Assembly (NCBI GenBank): GCA_963782115.1
Contig: CAWAIK010000001.1
Location: forward strand, 128,001-192,000
Source of the DNA: an uncultured Verrucomicrobiae bacterium
GTDB lineage: Bacteria > Verrucomicrobiota > Verrucomicrobiia > Chthoniobacterales > JAFAMB01
Direction of reading: 5' to 3'
Length of the DNA: 64,000 bases
The position numbers and the translations under genes were made by a program. This document shows, piece by piece, positions 49,466 to 59,575 of the stretch (the first letter of the stretch is position 1; the number at the start of each line of letters is the position of its first letter). The notes under the pieces were generated by a model. That model had not been told where the DNA came from. It did not search any database and saw only the letters and a program-made list of their open reading frames with translations.

Positions 49466-52114
49466 GTGAGCGGATTTGCCAATGATTTGAATGCTGAGCC
49501 GAAAGACGGAAATAATTTGAGTGACCACGAGGTCGTCGCCGAACTTCGCGGCGTCAGCAAATCGTTCGGTGGGACCGTGGCCGTCGACGATGTGTCCTTC
49601 GACCTGAGATCGGGCGAGGTGCTGGCGTTGCTTGGCGAAAACGGAGCAGGAAAGAGCACCTGCGTTAAGCTACTGGCAGGTGTCTATCGACCGGACCGGG
49701 GCCACACCTTTCTGCAGGGACACCCTCTGGATCTGCATTCGCCGTCGGAAGCGCATCGACACGGCATTGCCGTCATGCACCAACATCCCGGTCTGTTTGA
49801 CCATCTCTCGGTGGCCGAGAACATTTTTGCAGGCCATCCGCGCAAGAATCGTTGGGGCTGGCTGGATCACTCCGGCATGAATCGCGAAGGGAGCAGGCTG
49901 CTGGAGGTGGTCGGGCTGTCCATTGACCCCAATGAATTGCTTGGCCGATTGCGTACCTCCGAGCGACAACTGGTGGAAATAGCGAAAGCGCTTGCGGTAG
50001 CTGCTCGTCTGCTAATCATGGACGAACCGACGGCCGCATTATCTCAGCGGGAGGTCAATCGGCTCTTCGACGTTGTCGGCGCGTTACGAAAAAGGCGAGT
50101 GGCCATGTTGTTCGTCAGCCACCGGATGGACGAAATTTACCGGATCGCGGATCGGATCGCGGTGCTGCGCGACGGCCGCCTGGTGGCACTCATGCAAGCT
50201 GACCAGATGCCGCGCAATCGGGCTGTGCAACTCATGGTTGGTCGAGCGCTTTCCGATATGTATCCGGCGCTGGATTCGCAATTTGGCAAACCGGTCTTAA
50301 AAGTGGATAGATTGGCGCGTTCGGGCGTATTCAGAGAAGTTTCCTTCACGCTCAGAGCAGGGGAAATTCTGGGGTTTGGAGGCTTAGTAGGGAGCGGTCG
50401 AACTGAAATCGCCCGGGTACTGTTCGGCGTTGATCAACCCACGACCGGGACCGTCTGCATCGCGGATACGCCGGTTTCGTTCCGCTCGCCGGCGGATGCC
50501 ATGAAGGCCGGAATTGCGTACGTATCGGAGGACCGTCTCGGACAGAGCTTGATCATGGATTTCGGGATACTTACCAACGCATCGTTACCTGTCATTGATC
50601 AGGCGACTCATCTGGGACTCGTGCAAAACGAACGAGAACTTGAACTAGTGAAGCCTCACCTGGATCGGCTCCGCTTGCGGTTTCGTCGTTTCGACCAACC
50701 GGTTAATACCTTGTCGGGCGGTAATCAGCAAAAAGTGGTGTTGTCCAAGTGGCTTGCCACGACTCCTCGGCTGATCATCTTCGACGAGCCAACGCAAGGC
50801 GTTGACGTGCAGACAAAGGCTGAAGTGCACGCGATGATTGCCGATCTTGCGCGGCACGGTATTGCGATCATTCTAATTTCGTCTGAGCTACCCGAACTGG
50901 TCAGCATGTGCCATCGCATTCTTGTGCTCAAAGAAGGGCGGGTAACCGGCGAGTTTGATCGCCACGAGGCATCACAAGAGCGGATCATGCATGCTGCGAC
51001 CGGCGCTAATGTCAGTCAGAAAAATTCTGAAAAAACGCCAGGATCGGGGCTTAGCACGCGTGCTGCGATGGCTCCGCGACGCCCGAGAGCCAAAGCCCAG
51101 AACCTTCGATTCCAGGCGTTTTTTCGCAAGGTTTTTGCCCGACGCGAACTGGGTCTGATCATCGCGATAGCTGCTGTGGTAATACCGGTTTCCGCGATTA
51201 ACCCGCGGATGATCAGCGGCTCTAATCTCATCGCGCTGGCGATGGATGCCGCGCTGCTCAGCATTGTCGCAGCGGGGCAGATGCTCGTCATCATTACGCG
51301 AAACATTGATCTGTCGGTAGCCTCTGTTATCGGTCTCGCCGCCTATATTTCCGCCGACACGCTGCGAGCTCATCCGGGTCTGAACATTCTTCTCGCCGTG
51401 GCGCTCGCTTGCGCGGTGGGGTTGGGGTGTGGGATCATCAACGGTTTGGTGGTGACCCTTGGCCGGGTGCCCGCAATTGTCGTCACGCTGGGTACGCTGG
51501 CTTTGTATCGGGGTCTTGACAGCTTGGCGGCGCACGGGAAGCAGATCAGCGCCGATCAGGTTCCGGCCGCGTGGCTCGATCTCACTGCCGGATCGTTTGC
51601 CGGTATTCCGGGTGTAGTGGTCATCGCGATCACGGTGCTGCTGATGCTCGCATTGGTGCTTCGCTATTTGTCTATCGGTCGTGAGTTGTTCGCCATCGGT
51701 TCAAACCCGGATGGAGCGCGACTGATTGGTGTACGAGTGGAAAGACGGGTTCTCGCGGCGTTTGCCTGTGGTGGCCTGCTCGCCGGGTTTGACGGCGCGT
51801 TGTGGGCATCTCGCTACGCCACGATCGACGCGCGTGTGGCGTCCGGATTCGAGTTGACTGTCATCGCGGCGGTCGTCGTCGGTGGCGTGGGCATTCGCGG
51901 CGGGTCGGGGACAATCCTGGGAATAGCGCTGGGCGGTCTCACGCTGCTCGTCATTCGGAATGGGCTGATACTGGTTCGGGTAGATCCGCTGTGGCTCCAG
52001 GGCGTCTATGGGTTGGTCATCCTGGCCGCCATAACAATCGACGCCTTAGTTGGCGGCAGGCCGGTTAGGCGGACCGTTGAGAAAAAAATATTCCGGGGGA
52101 CAGGAGACGAGTGA
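49466..52114 (+). CDS. Fused sugar ABC ATPase plus permease (rhamnose/AI-2 type)
   Basis: Two NBDs (GENGAGKST, LSGGNQQK) in frame with TRNIDLSV permease; 882 aa. Confidence 0.88.
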   Translation: MSGFANDLNAEPKDGNNLSDHEVVAELRGVSKSFGGTVAVDDVSFDLRSGEVLALLGENGAGKSTCVKLLAGVYRPDRGHTFLQGHPLDLHSPSEAHRHGIAVMHQHPGLFDHLSVAENIFAGHPRKNRWGWLDHSGMNREGSRLLEVVGLSIDPNELLGRLRTSERQLVEIAKALAVAARLLIMDEPTAALSQREVNRLFDVVGALRKRRVAMLFVSHRMDEIYRIADRIAVLRDGRLVALMQADQMPRNRAVQLMVGRALSDMYPALDSQFGKPVLKVDRLARSGVFREVSFTLRAGEILGFGGLVGSGRTEIARVLFGVDQPTTGTVCIADTPVSFRSPADAMKAGIAYVSEDRLGQSLIMDFGILTNASLPVIDQATHLGLVQNERELELVKPHLDRLRLRFRRFDQPVNTLSGGNQQKVVLSKWLATTPRLIIFDEPTQGVDVQTKAEVHAMIADLARHGIAIILISSELPELVSMCHRILVLKEGRVTGEFDRHEASQERIMHAATGANVSQKNSEKTPGSGLSTRAAMAPRRPRAKAQNLRFQAFFRKVFARRELGLIIAIAAVVIPVSAINPRMISGSNLIALAMDAALLSIVAAGQMLVIITRNIDLSVASVIGLAAYISADTLRAHPGLNILLAVALACAVGLGCGIINGLVVTLGRVPAIVVTLGTLALYRGLDSLAAHGKQISADQVPAAWLDLTAGSFAGIPGVVVIAITVLLMLALVLRYLSIGRELFAIGSNPDGARLIGVRVERRVLAAFACGGLLAGFDGALWASRYATIDARVASGFELTVIAAVVVGGVGIRGGSGTILGIALGGLTLLVIRNGLILVRVDPLWLQGVYGLVILAAITIDALVGGRPVRRTVEKKIFRGTGDE

Positions 52115-52117
52115 AGA

Positions 52118-53161
52118 ATGATCAAGAGCATTTTTAATCGATTCGCCAGTTGGAACGGTTTCCTCGCGATCCTATTCGCATGCCTCTTATCCTATGCCAC
52201 AATTTCGGTCCCGCATTTTGCCAGTACCTTTAATCTTTCCCAGGCCGCAGCCGGCGTTTCCGAAAAGGCGATTCTGCTCTTGCCGATGGCGCTGCTGATC
52301 ATTGCTCGTGAGATCGACTTATCGGTGGCGAGCATTCTTGCGCTCACCAGTGTTGTCCTTGGGATCCTTCTCCGGGCGAACGTTCCACTCGTAGGAGCGA
52401 TTCTAGTAGCTTTCATTTCGGGCGCGGCGGCGGGTGCGCTCAATGGTCTCCTGGTCACCGGTCTTAACCTGCCTTCGCTGCTTGTGACCCTGGGCACCAT
52501 GGCCTTGTTTCGGGGGATCGGTTACATCCTGCTGGGAACTCACTCGGTGAATGAACTGCCAGAGGAATTAACCGACTTTGGCATCAACACGGTTGGTTCA
52601 ACGGCGATACCGTGGACGATCGTTCCCTTCATGATCCTGGCGCCCATATTTGCGACGGTTCTCCATTGTACGGCTCTCGGTCGGCGAATCTACGCGATCG
52701 GTGGAAATCCGGAGGTAGCGCTTTATACCGGGATCAGAGTTCGGCGTTTACGCTTCGGATTATTTGTTGTCTCCGGACTCATGTGCGCGCTGGCCGGGAT
52801 CGTGTTCACGGCCCGGCTGTCAAATGCCCGGGCGGATAACGCGGTCGGCTTTGAGTTGGATGTCATAACGATCACCCTGCTGGGTGGGATAAGCGTGTTC
52901 GGTGGCCGAGGCAATCTGACAGGCGTACTATGGGCGCTCGGGCTGGTGGCAATCGTTCGCAATGTTCTTGGACTCAATCGAATCGGCGGTGATGGGCAAG
53001 GTGTTGCCATCGGATTGTTACTTATCTTGTCATTGCTGCTTAGTAACAGCATGCAGAAAGTGCTCGACAATATCAAAACACGGCGCCTAATCAAATCCAT
53101 GGCTCTGCGGCAATCCGAGACCGGTCTTGGCTCTGATCTTCCGAGCGCCGGCGGAGAATAA
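52118..53161 (+). CDS. Sugar ABC permease (RhaQ-like)
   Basis: AREIDLSVAS, TLGTMALFRG, GFELDVIT..LGG. Confidence 0.92.
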   Translation: MIKSIFNRFASWNGFLAILFACLLSYATISVPHFASTFNLSQAAAGVSEKAILLLPMALLIIAREIDLSVASILALTSVVLGILLRANVPLVGAILVAFISGAAAGALNGLLVTGLNLPSLLVTLGTMALFRGIGYILLGTHSVNELPEELTDFGINTVGSTAIPWTIVPFMILAPIFATVLHCTALGRRIYAIGGNPEVALYTGIRVRRLRFGLFVVSGLMCALAGIVFTARLSNARADNAVGFELDVITITLLGGISVFGGRGNLTGVLWALGLVAIVRNVLGLNRIGGDGQGVAIGLLLILSLLLSNSMQKVLDNIKTRRLIKSMALRQSETGLGSDLPSAGGE

Positions 53162-53182
53162 ATTATTACCCCTGGAACGAAA

Positions 53183-54178
53183 ATGCACAAATTGCTTACC
53201 AGCACCATTCTACTTTGCGCTCTTTGCGCTACAACGGCGCTTGGCGCTGAGGCAACTGCCAAAGCGGCTATCGTTGGCTTCATTCCCAAGCTCGATACAG
53301 ATCCGTACTTTGGCGTGGCAAAATCGGGCGCAGAAGAAGCGCAAAAGGAAATAGGCGGTACCGTCGTCCAAGAAGCGCCCTCCAGTGCCACGGGCGATGC
53401 CCAGATCGAGTTCATTAATGATCTGGTCTCTCAGAAGGTCGACGTCATCGCCATAGCAGGCAATGATTCTAATGCGGTCGCTCCGGCTCTGAAGCGAGCG
53501 CAGGCCCAGGGTGTGCGGGTTGTTTCCTACGACTCCGATGTTGCGAAGAGCGCTCGTGGGCTCTTCATTAACCAGGTTAATTTCGACAGCGTAGCAAAAC
53601 AGATGCTCGAAAGCATGGGCAATCTTATTGGCTATCACGGCGACTTCGCGATCCTTTCTTCCACGGCGACCGCCACCAATCAAAACGCTTGGATCGACTC
53701 GATGAAGAAAGCACTCGAAAGCGATTCGAAGTTTGCCGCCATGAAGCTTCTCCAGGTTGCATACGGCGAGGAAAGCGAACAAGTCAATCAACAACAGGCT
53801 CTGGCACTCGTCCAAGCATTCCCGAATTTGAAGGGCATTATCATTCCTGCCGGCATTGGCCTGCCGGCGGCAGCACGCGCGCTTGATCAAGCCGGCTTAC
53901 TGAAGAAGATCAAGCTGACCGGACTTGCGCCTGCAAGCCTGATGAAGAAATACATTGTCGATGGCAGTGCACAAGATATTTGGTGGAATGTCCAAGATCT
54001 GGGCTATCTGACCTATTACGCCGCCCAGGCGTATGCCCAAGGCAAGATAACAGGCAAGAAGGGCGAGACTTTTCCGGCGGGCCGGCTCGGTAATTTTACG
54101 GTCGGAGAGAACGGGGAAGTCATTCTCGGCCCCGCAGTGATCGTTACCCCGGACAACGTCGATAAATTTAAATTCTAA
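53183..54178 (+). CDS. Rhamnose/AI-2-type ABC substrate-binding protein
   Basis: FIPK..PYF, VVSYDSD, ATATNQNAWI, WNVQDLGY, AGRLG, NVDKFKF. Confidence 0.9.
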   Translation: MHKLLTSTILLCALCATTALGAEATAKAAIVGFIPKLDTDPYFGVAKSGAEEAQKEIGGTVVQEAPSSATGDAQIEFINDLVSQKVDVIAIAGNDSNAVAPALKRAQAQGVRVVSYDSDVAKSARGLFINQVNFDSVAKQMLESMGNLIGYHGDFAILSSTATATNQNAWIDSMKKALESDSKFAAMKLLQVAYGEESEQVNQQQALALVQAFPNLKGIIIPAGIGLPAAARALDQAGLLKKIKLTGLAPASLMKKYIVDGSAQDIWWNVQDLGYLTYYAAQAYAQGKITGKKGETFPAGRLGNFTVGENGEVILGPAVIVTPDNVDKFKF

Positions 54179-54219
54179 GTGCAGCTGCCGCGAAGGCCTC
54201 CCAACCAAAGCGAGAGAGA

Positions 54220-54308
54220 GGATGGAGCGGTGGGGAGGTGGAGTGATGGAGTGATGGAGTATTGGAGTGATGGAGTATTGGAGTATTGGGGTGGTGGAGT
54301 GATGGAGC
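54220..54308. repeat. 8-nt tandem repeat (TGGAGTGA/TGGAGTAT)n
   Basis: ggagtgatggagtgatggagtattggagtgatggagtattggagtatt read directly. Confidence 0.85.
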
Positions 54309-54372
54309 TTGCGGTGAGCACTAGACTCGCGCGGACGCTTCCGACCGAATGCTTTTGTCTTGAGATGTCGGT

Positions 54373-55017
54373 TTAGCGCGCGCTGTCAGACGCTACAGCG
54401 TCGAGAGGGTCCAACGCAGACGCGTCGGAGCGCGTCGCGACAGTCCCAATGAGTACCACCCTCACGTCCACAGTTTTATCCACACGCAGGACAAGGTTGC
54501 TCGGGTCTTTCATTCCCCAAGCTACGTACGGCGCCGCAAATGTCGTTGTCGCCGTCACGAGGTCGTTTTGCACCTGGACCCTGACAGAAAGCGTCAGATC
54601 ATGTTCGCCGCCATGGATGCGCAGAGAGCCATGCACTTCGACTTGCGATTCACCACTCAACGCAAGTCGACCCCTGACGCGGTCGGGAGAAAAAACTGCG
54701 TCCGGAAAACGATTGGACTCCAAAACGCTTTCGTGCATTTGCCGGTCACGCGCGTTTTCGCCAGTCTCTCCACTTCTCACGTCGACCGCGATTTGACCGC
54801 TTGCCCGACCTGATGTCGGGTCGAAGCGAACGGTGCCGCCTTTCACTTTGAAAGTTCCGTGCACGGTGTGAAGAAGAGCGCCCAAAGTAAATTGCACGGT
54901 ACACTTCGATGGATTGATTTCGATCTCAACCAAACCGGCTGCAAAAGCTGGCTTTTCCGTCGCAATCGAACGGCAACACACGAAGACCAGCAGCAGCGCC
55001 AATGAACGGGCAATCAT
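54373..55017 (-). CDS. YceI family protein
   Basis: Signal peptide; HTVHGTF, TGENARD..M, L....FP, GSLRIHG. Confidence 0.85.
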   Translation of the reverse strand: MIARSLALLLVFVCCRSIATEKPAFAAGLVEIEINPSKCTVQFTLGALLHTVHGTFKVKGGTVRFDPTSGRASGQIAVDVRSGETGENARDRQMHESVLESNRFPDAVFSPDRVRGRLALSGESQVEVHGSLRIHGGEHDLTLSVRVQVQNDLVTATTTFAAPYVAWGMKDPSNLVLRVDKTVDVRVVLIGTVATRSDASALDPLDAVASDSAR

Positions 55018-55096
55018 AATTTTAGGAAGGTACTAGTGTTAGTGTCAGTGTCAGAAGTGAACGACAGCTCAAATAGCAAGGATCAGAGCCCCTAAC

Positions 55097-56104
55097 CTAA
55101 CTCATCCTTTTTCCGTCGCTTCCACTGACACTGGTACCGACACCGGCACTGCCAACTGCTTCCAGAAACTCCACGCAGCGCGATTCATACCAAGGCCGGA
55201 TGTTGCGTGCCGAATCGATGAATCCGACATGACCGCCCCACTTGGCTGCCTCAAAGAACAAGTCAGGGTTCCCTTCTGCCTCGCCGTAGGGGAAGGATTC
55301 TAGCGTGAGAAAAGGATCATCGCGCGCATTCAAGAGAAGTGTAGGAACCTTGATCCGGTTCAGATACTGTCTCGCACTCGATTTCTCCCAATAATCCTTC
55401 GCATCGCGAAAACCATGGATCGGTGCCGTATAGAGATTGTCGAATTCGCGCAGCGTTCGGACTTGATGGCTCCTGCTGGCATCTAGCCGTTCCGGGAAGA
55501 GTAGCGCTTTGGCATCGACTTTCGGCACGAGCCTCCTGAGAAAGCGCCGAAGATAGAGCTGGTTGCTCCAACGGCGATCAATGGCGTCGGCGCTGGCCGC
55601 CAGGTTGACCGGCACCGAAACCGCGAACCCGGCTATCACCGTTGGATGGCAGGCGCCTTCCCCAAGATATTTCAGCGTCACGTTTCCGCCGAGGCTGAAT
55701 CCGACCAGCGCGATCCGTGGGTATTTCTGCGCTGCAAGTGCAATCACTGCGCCCAGATCGCCCGTTTCACCGCTATGATAAAATCGCACGAGACGGTTCA
55801 TTTCCGACCCGCATCCGCGAAAATTCCATGCCAGAATATCCCACCCAGCCGTTTGAAGCCGACTTGCCATCCCGCGTATGCAACGATCTTCAGAGGATCC
55901 CTCTAACCCGTGCGAGAGAATTGCTAATCTCTCTCCTCTGGAAGTCGCCCAATCGAGGTCAAGAAAATCGCCGTCGGCAAGTTCTAACCGCTCCCGGCGG
56001 AAAACTACCGAGAATCGTCGTGGAAAGAGCTCCGGAAGTATCGTTTGCAAATGGCCATTGCGGAGGAAGCGAGGCGGCTGAAAGAGGGAAGTGACAACAG
56101 GCAT
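55097..56104 (-). CDS. YheT-family alpha/beta hydrolase
   Basis: NGHLQT, HGLEGSS, NFRGC, GFSLGG, DDPF, GGHVGF. Confidence 0.92.
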   Translation of the reverse strand: MPVVTSLFQPPRFLRNGHLQTILPELFPRRFSVVFRRERLELADGDFLDLDWATSRGERLAILSHGLEGSSEDRCIRGMASRLQTAGWDILAWNFRGCGSEMNRLVRFYHSGETGDLGAVIALAAQKYPRIALVGFSLGGNVTLKYLGEGACHPTVIAGFAVSVPVNLAASADAIDRRWSNQLYLRRFLRRLVPKVDAKALLFPERLDASRSHQVRTLREFDNLYTAPIHGFRDAKDYWEKSSARQYLNRIKVPTLLLNARDDPFLTLESFPYGEAEGNPDLFFEAAKWGGHVGFIDSARNIRPWYESRCVEFLEAVGSAGVGTSVSGSDGKRMS

Positions 56105-56384
56105 GTCTTAGGAAGAGAAGAAGTAGTCAGTAGTCAGTAGTCAGTGGTCAGTGGCAGTGGGAGTGTGCATTTGGAGGAGAGACTCATCATGTGTTTGGCG
56201 CGGAGCGAGATCGAAGAAGGCAATGATTCGCAGTACACGATTGCTTGCGTCCTGAAGGGCAAGGAAGGCTGGGTGCTTTCTTGGCCCTTCGGGACGGCAC
56301 AACTCTCTCGAATCCCCCAATCGTTCTCGTCGTGGTTATCGTTCTCTTCGAGAAGAACTATCCGAAACAGCCGTGAATCATCTA

Positions 56385-57113
56385 TTATTCAGTTCCGACA
56401 CTGGCACTTCCTGCGTTGGCGTTCCGCGCCTCGAGCAACCCGCGGCAGATAAATGCATTAATCTCCGCGTTGCGACGAACACTCGTCACTTTTCGGAGAT
56501 AATTGTGGAATTCGCTCGGATCAATTGCAGTCCCTTCAACGGTTGTGAAGGCCAAACTCTCTTCCGCACGGCCGGCGTGTATTCGTCGCCAACTGAAAAG
56601 GTAAAGATTACGTAACGCCATGCCTGCCGCCGCCAGATGCAAGAAGATAAGCTCCCGAAGGCTGGCCTTTACAAACCAGAGCGGCTCACAACCGTTTCCC
56701 AACAAGTGGCGGATCAACAACTCTTGGCGCCGTTCATAAGCTTTTCCCAAAAACTTCTGCCGGATGGCGCTGAGATCGTCATCGGTCTCGCCGGGAAATG
56801 CATCGCGGAAGTCTTGCCTGAGAGCGACGCTGCGATTGATCAGCTCGGCACTGAAATGATCGAGCAACTCAACCTTTACGTTCCGAACCCAGGAGATCTC
56901 AGTCACCGCATCCCGCATATCGCTGGCCATGAGGAAGGCAAAGTTCGGGGCGCACCAATACGTCGGCAACCTGAACTCGATCCGAACGTTATCCTCCTGT
57001 TGGATTTGCACCGAAGTGACGAATTCAAGAGAGGTTACGGACTGATCAATTTCAGGATCGGTCACGGTATCAAGGGCCGACCAAACCTCCTTCATTTGAT
57101 TCCCGCTAGCCAT
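56385..57113 (-). CDS. DUF59/FeS-assembly-like protein
   Basis: LDTVTDPEID, RLPTYWCAPNFAFLM, DHF. Confidence 0.85.
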   Translation of the reverse strand: MASGNQMKEVWSALDTVTDPEIDQSVTSLEFVTSVQIQQEDNVRIEFRLPTYWCAPNFAFLMASDMRDAVTEISWVRNVKVELLDHFSAELINRSVALRQDFRDAFPGETDDDLSAIRQKFLGKAYERRQELLIRHLLGNGCEPLWFVKASLRELIFLHLAAAGMALRNLYLFSWRRIHAGRAEESLAFTTVEGTAIDPSEFHNYLRKVTSVRRNAEINAFICRGLLEARNANAGSASVGTE

Positions 57114-57135
57114 GGATTCCAGAATTCGACCTTGG

Positions 57136-58170
57136 TTACACCGCGACAGCTGCTGCCTCTACTTTTTCCGGGGTCTCAATGCCGAGTTTCCTGGATCGCT
57201 CGGCAATATCGATGCCATACAGTCGAGCAGCGTTCTCTCCCATGATCTTTCTTCTGACGTCGAGAGTAAGAGCCTGGCCAGTTTCCGCGGCTACATCGGC
57301 CGGCAACTCATAGCTCATGAACGCCTCCACAATCCACTTTGGGCTCCAAATCGCGTAATCACTGCCATAGAGAACGCGGTCGGCTCCTAACCAAAATAGA
57401 ATTTCGCCGAGTACTTCGCCAAAAAAGTGGGGACGCTTGTGTATCAATGCCGACAGGACTGCAATACCGGCATAAACGTTCGGCTCTTGAGCCGCAATGT
57501 AGCAAAAGTCTTCGAACCGGGGCAGACCCACATGTTCAACGATAAAGTTGAGATCAGTAAAGGCGGTTGCAGCCTCGTCGACGTCTCGCACGTCAAAAGC
57601 ATCCTTATTCAGCGGGCGAATCGTGGGACCCTTATGCACGTGGATGTTTTTAATTCCGAGTTCCCGGCATTTCTCAAAGTATCTATATGCCCAAGGATCG
57701 CTCAGTTTCCAACCCTTGGAGTCTGCGAGCCATTCGGCGGTGTAAAGCTTCACTCCTTTCCAGTTGTAAGCTTTGGCGTCCCTCTCGAGCAGCTCCAGAC
57801 CCATTTCTTCATTGCGTGGGTCCCAAACGCCGTTGGCGATGATGCGGTCCGGATGTTGCTGTCTGAATGCCTCGTTTCGTTTCAGATTTGAAAATCCGTG
57901 GTGAAAGAAATCGCCAAGAATTTGCGGATTGAAAATCGCGACGTCAGCATACCCTTCTTCGAAGACATCCTTGACATAGTCCTCCTCGGTATAACGATCG
58001 AATTTCTCTTTTGGCCAAATATAAGAATCCGGGCCCAAATGATGATAATCATAAAAGCAGTCGATAAACTGCTTTCCGTGAATGTTCTTTTGGTTAGCGG
58101 GACTGCCATCCCACAAATGGGTGTGGGCGTCGACAACAAATATTTTCTCGCCGGTTTTTGTAGTGTACAT
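57136..58170 (-). CDS. Amidohydrolase_2 family protein
   Basis: VDAHTH, GVKLY, HVHKGP, VEHVG, YGSDY, GENAARLY. Confidence 0.9.
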   Translation of the reverse strand: MYTTKTGEKIFVVDAHTHLWDGSPANQKNIHGKQFIDCFYDYHHLGPDSYIWPKEKFDRYTEEDYVKDVFEEGYADVAIFNPQILGDFFHHGFSNLKRNEAFRQQHPDRIIANGVWDPRNEEMGLELLERDAKAYNWKGVKLYTAEWLADSKGWKLSDPWAYRYFEKCRELGIKNIHVHKGPTIRPLNKDAFDVRDVDEAATAFTDLNFIVEHVGLPRFEDFCYIAAQEPNVYAGIAVLSALIHKRPHFFGEVLGEILFWLGADRVLYGSDYAIWSPKWIVEAFMSYELPADVAAETGQALTLDVRRKIMGENAARLYGIDIAERSRKLGIETPEKVEAAAVAV

Positions 58171-58197
58171 GATGGTAGTTCGATTTGAGATTGATTC

Positions 58198-59241
58198 TTA
58201 AGGTATTAAAACGGCTCGACCCTTGACCTGGCCATGGTTCAGGTCGTGCAACGCCTGGTTAGCTTCATGTAGTTTGTAATATTTCGTCGCTAAATGGACC
58301 TTTCCCCGGTCAGCTAACTCCATTAGTTCGACTAACTCTGCATAGTTCCCAACGAGATTCCCGATGATTCTTCGCTCCGTGGTAATCATATCAATTGCGG
58401 AAATGCGGATCTCACCGCCGTAACCGACTATATAATAGGCTCCGTTGTTCCGCGTCATCGCCAGCCCGTTGTCGACAGAGTTTCCTTCTCCGACAAAATC
58501 GATGACCGCTTCCGCACCCTTATCGCTGGTCAAAGCCAGGACCGCTTCCACCTGGTTCTCATCGGCCTTAACGATGTGGTGAGCGCCACACTCTTTGGCC
58601 AAGCCCAGCGCAATATCTGACCGGTCCAAAGCGATGATGTCAGCAGAACAGAGGGAGCTTAGGACTTGGATCCCGATATGACCGAGCCCGCCCACGCCGA
58701 TCACCACCACAAATTCCCCGGGAAGAAGATGATGGGCTGCCTTCTTCGCTACGTGATATGCCGTCAAGCCTGCATCCGCCTGGGGTGCGACATCCTTGGG
58801 CGCCAGTGTCTGCGGCAATTTAATCAGCGAGCTTGCACCGGTCCGCAACAGTTCCGCATAACCGCCATTGGTGTTGATGCCGGGAAACTCGCTCCCTTCG
58901 ACATGCATATCATGACCGCGTCTGGCTTCCAGCGCGTGGCAGTTAGAAATCAAGGGATGACAAATCACCGGATCGCCTTTCTTGAAGCCCTCAACACCTT
59001 TACCCACTTCTTCCACCCAGCCGGCATTTTCGTGTCCCATGACGTAGGGCAGTTTCACCTCCACTTTTTGACGCCAGATACCTTCGATCACGTGAAGGTC
59101 GGTGCGGCATACGCCGGCTCCGCCGATGCGCACAATGACATCCGTGGTTTTCTCGAGTTTTGGTTCTTCAACTTCCTCCAACAAAACGAATTCCTGGTTC
59201 GTCAGCGAAGTATCATACTGATGAAGTACAGCGGCTTTCAT
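58198..59241 (-). CDS. Zn-dependent NAD(P) alcohol dehydrogenase
   Basis: GVCRTDLH, GHENAG, GVGGLG, GRAVL. Confidence 0.92.
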   Translation of the reverse strand: MKAAVLHQYDTSLTNQEFVLLEEVEEPKLEKTTDVIVRIGGAGVCRTDLHVIEGIWRQKVEVKLPYVMGHENAGWVEEVGKGVEGFKKGDPVICHPLISNCHALEARRGHDMHVEGSEFPGINTNGGYAELLRTGASSLIKLPQTLAPKDVAPQADAGLTAYHVAKKAAHHLLPGEFVVVIGVGGLGHIGIQVLSSLCSADIIALDRSDIALGLAKECGAHHIVKADENQVEAVLALTSDKGAEAVIDFVGEGNSVDNGLAMTRNNGAYYIVGYGGEIRISAIDMITTERRIIGNLVGNYAELVELMELADRGKVHLATKYYKLHEANQALHDLNHGQVKGRAVLIP

Positions 59242-59575
59242 AGGTTACGAGAAGGTCAAAACAGATTTGAACAAGCAGAACGGGCGCGTGGTCCAGAGTT
59301 GCGCCGGATTCCGATGTTTTTTTGGGGGGCATGTAGATCCGCCAATGATGATGGCATCTTCTAAGGTGATTTGGAAGCACGAAGAAGATGTCAGAAGAAG
59401 TTGTCTGTGTCAGTTGTCAGTGTCAGGGTGGGAGCAAAGCATCGGTTGAAGTATGCATCTCGAGGAGCCTGCCTTCCTCCCCACGCTGGCACTTGGCACT
59501 AACCACTGACGAAGGTTTGGGACGTTTTTTGCCCCGAAGCCGAAATGGGCGACAGGATTCAGCTCAGGGTTTCAA

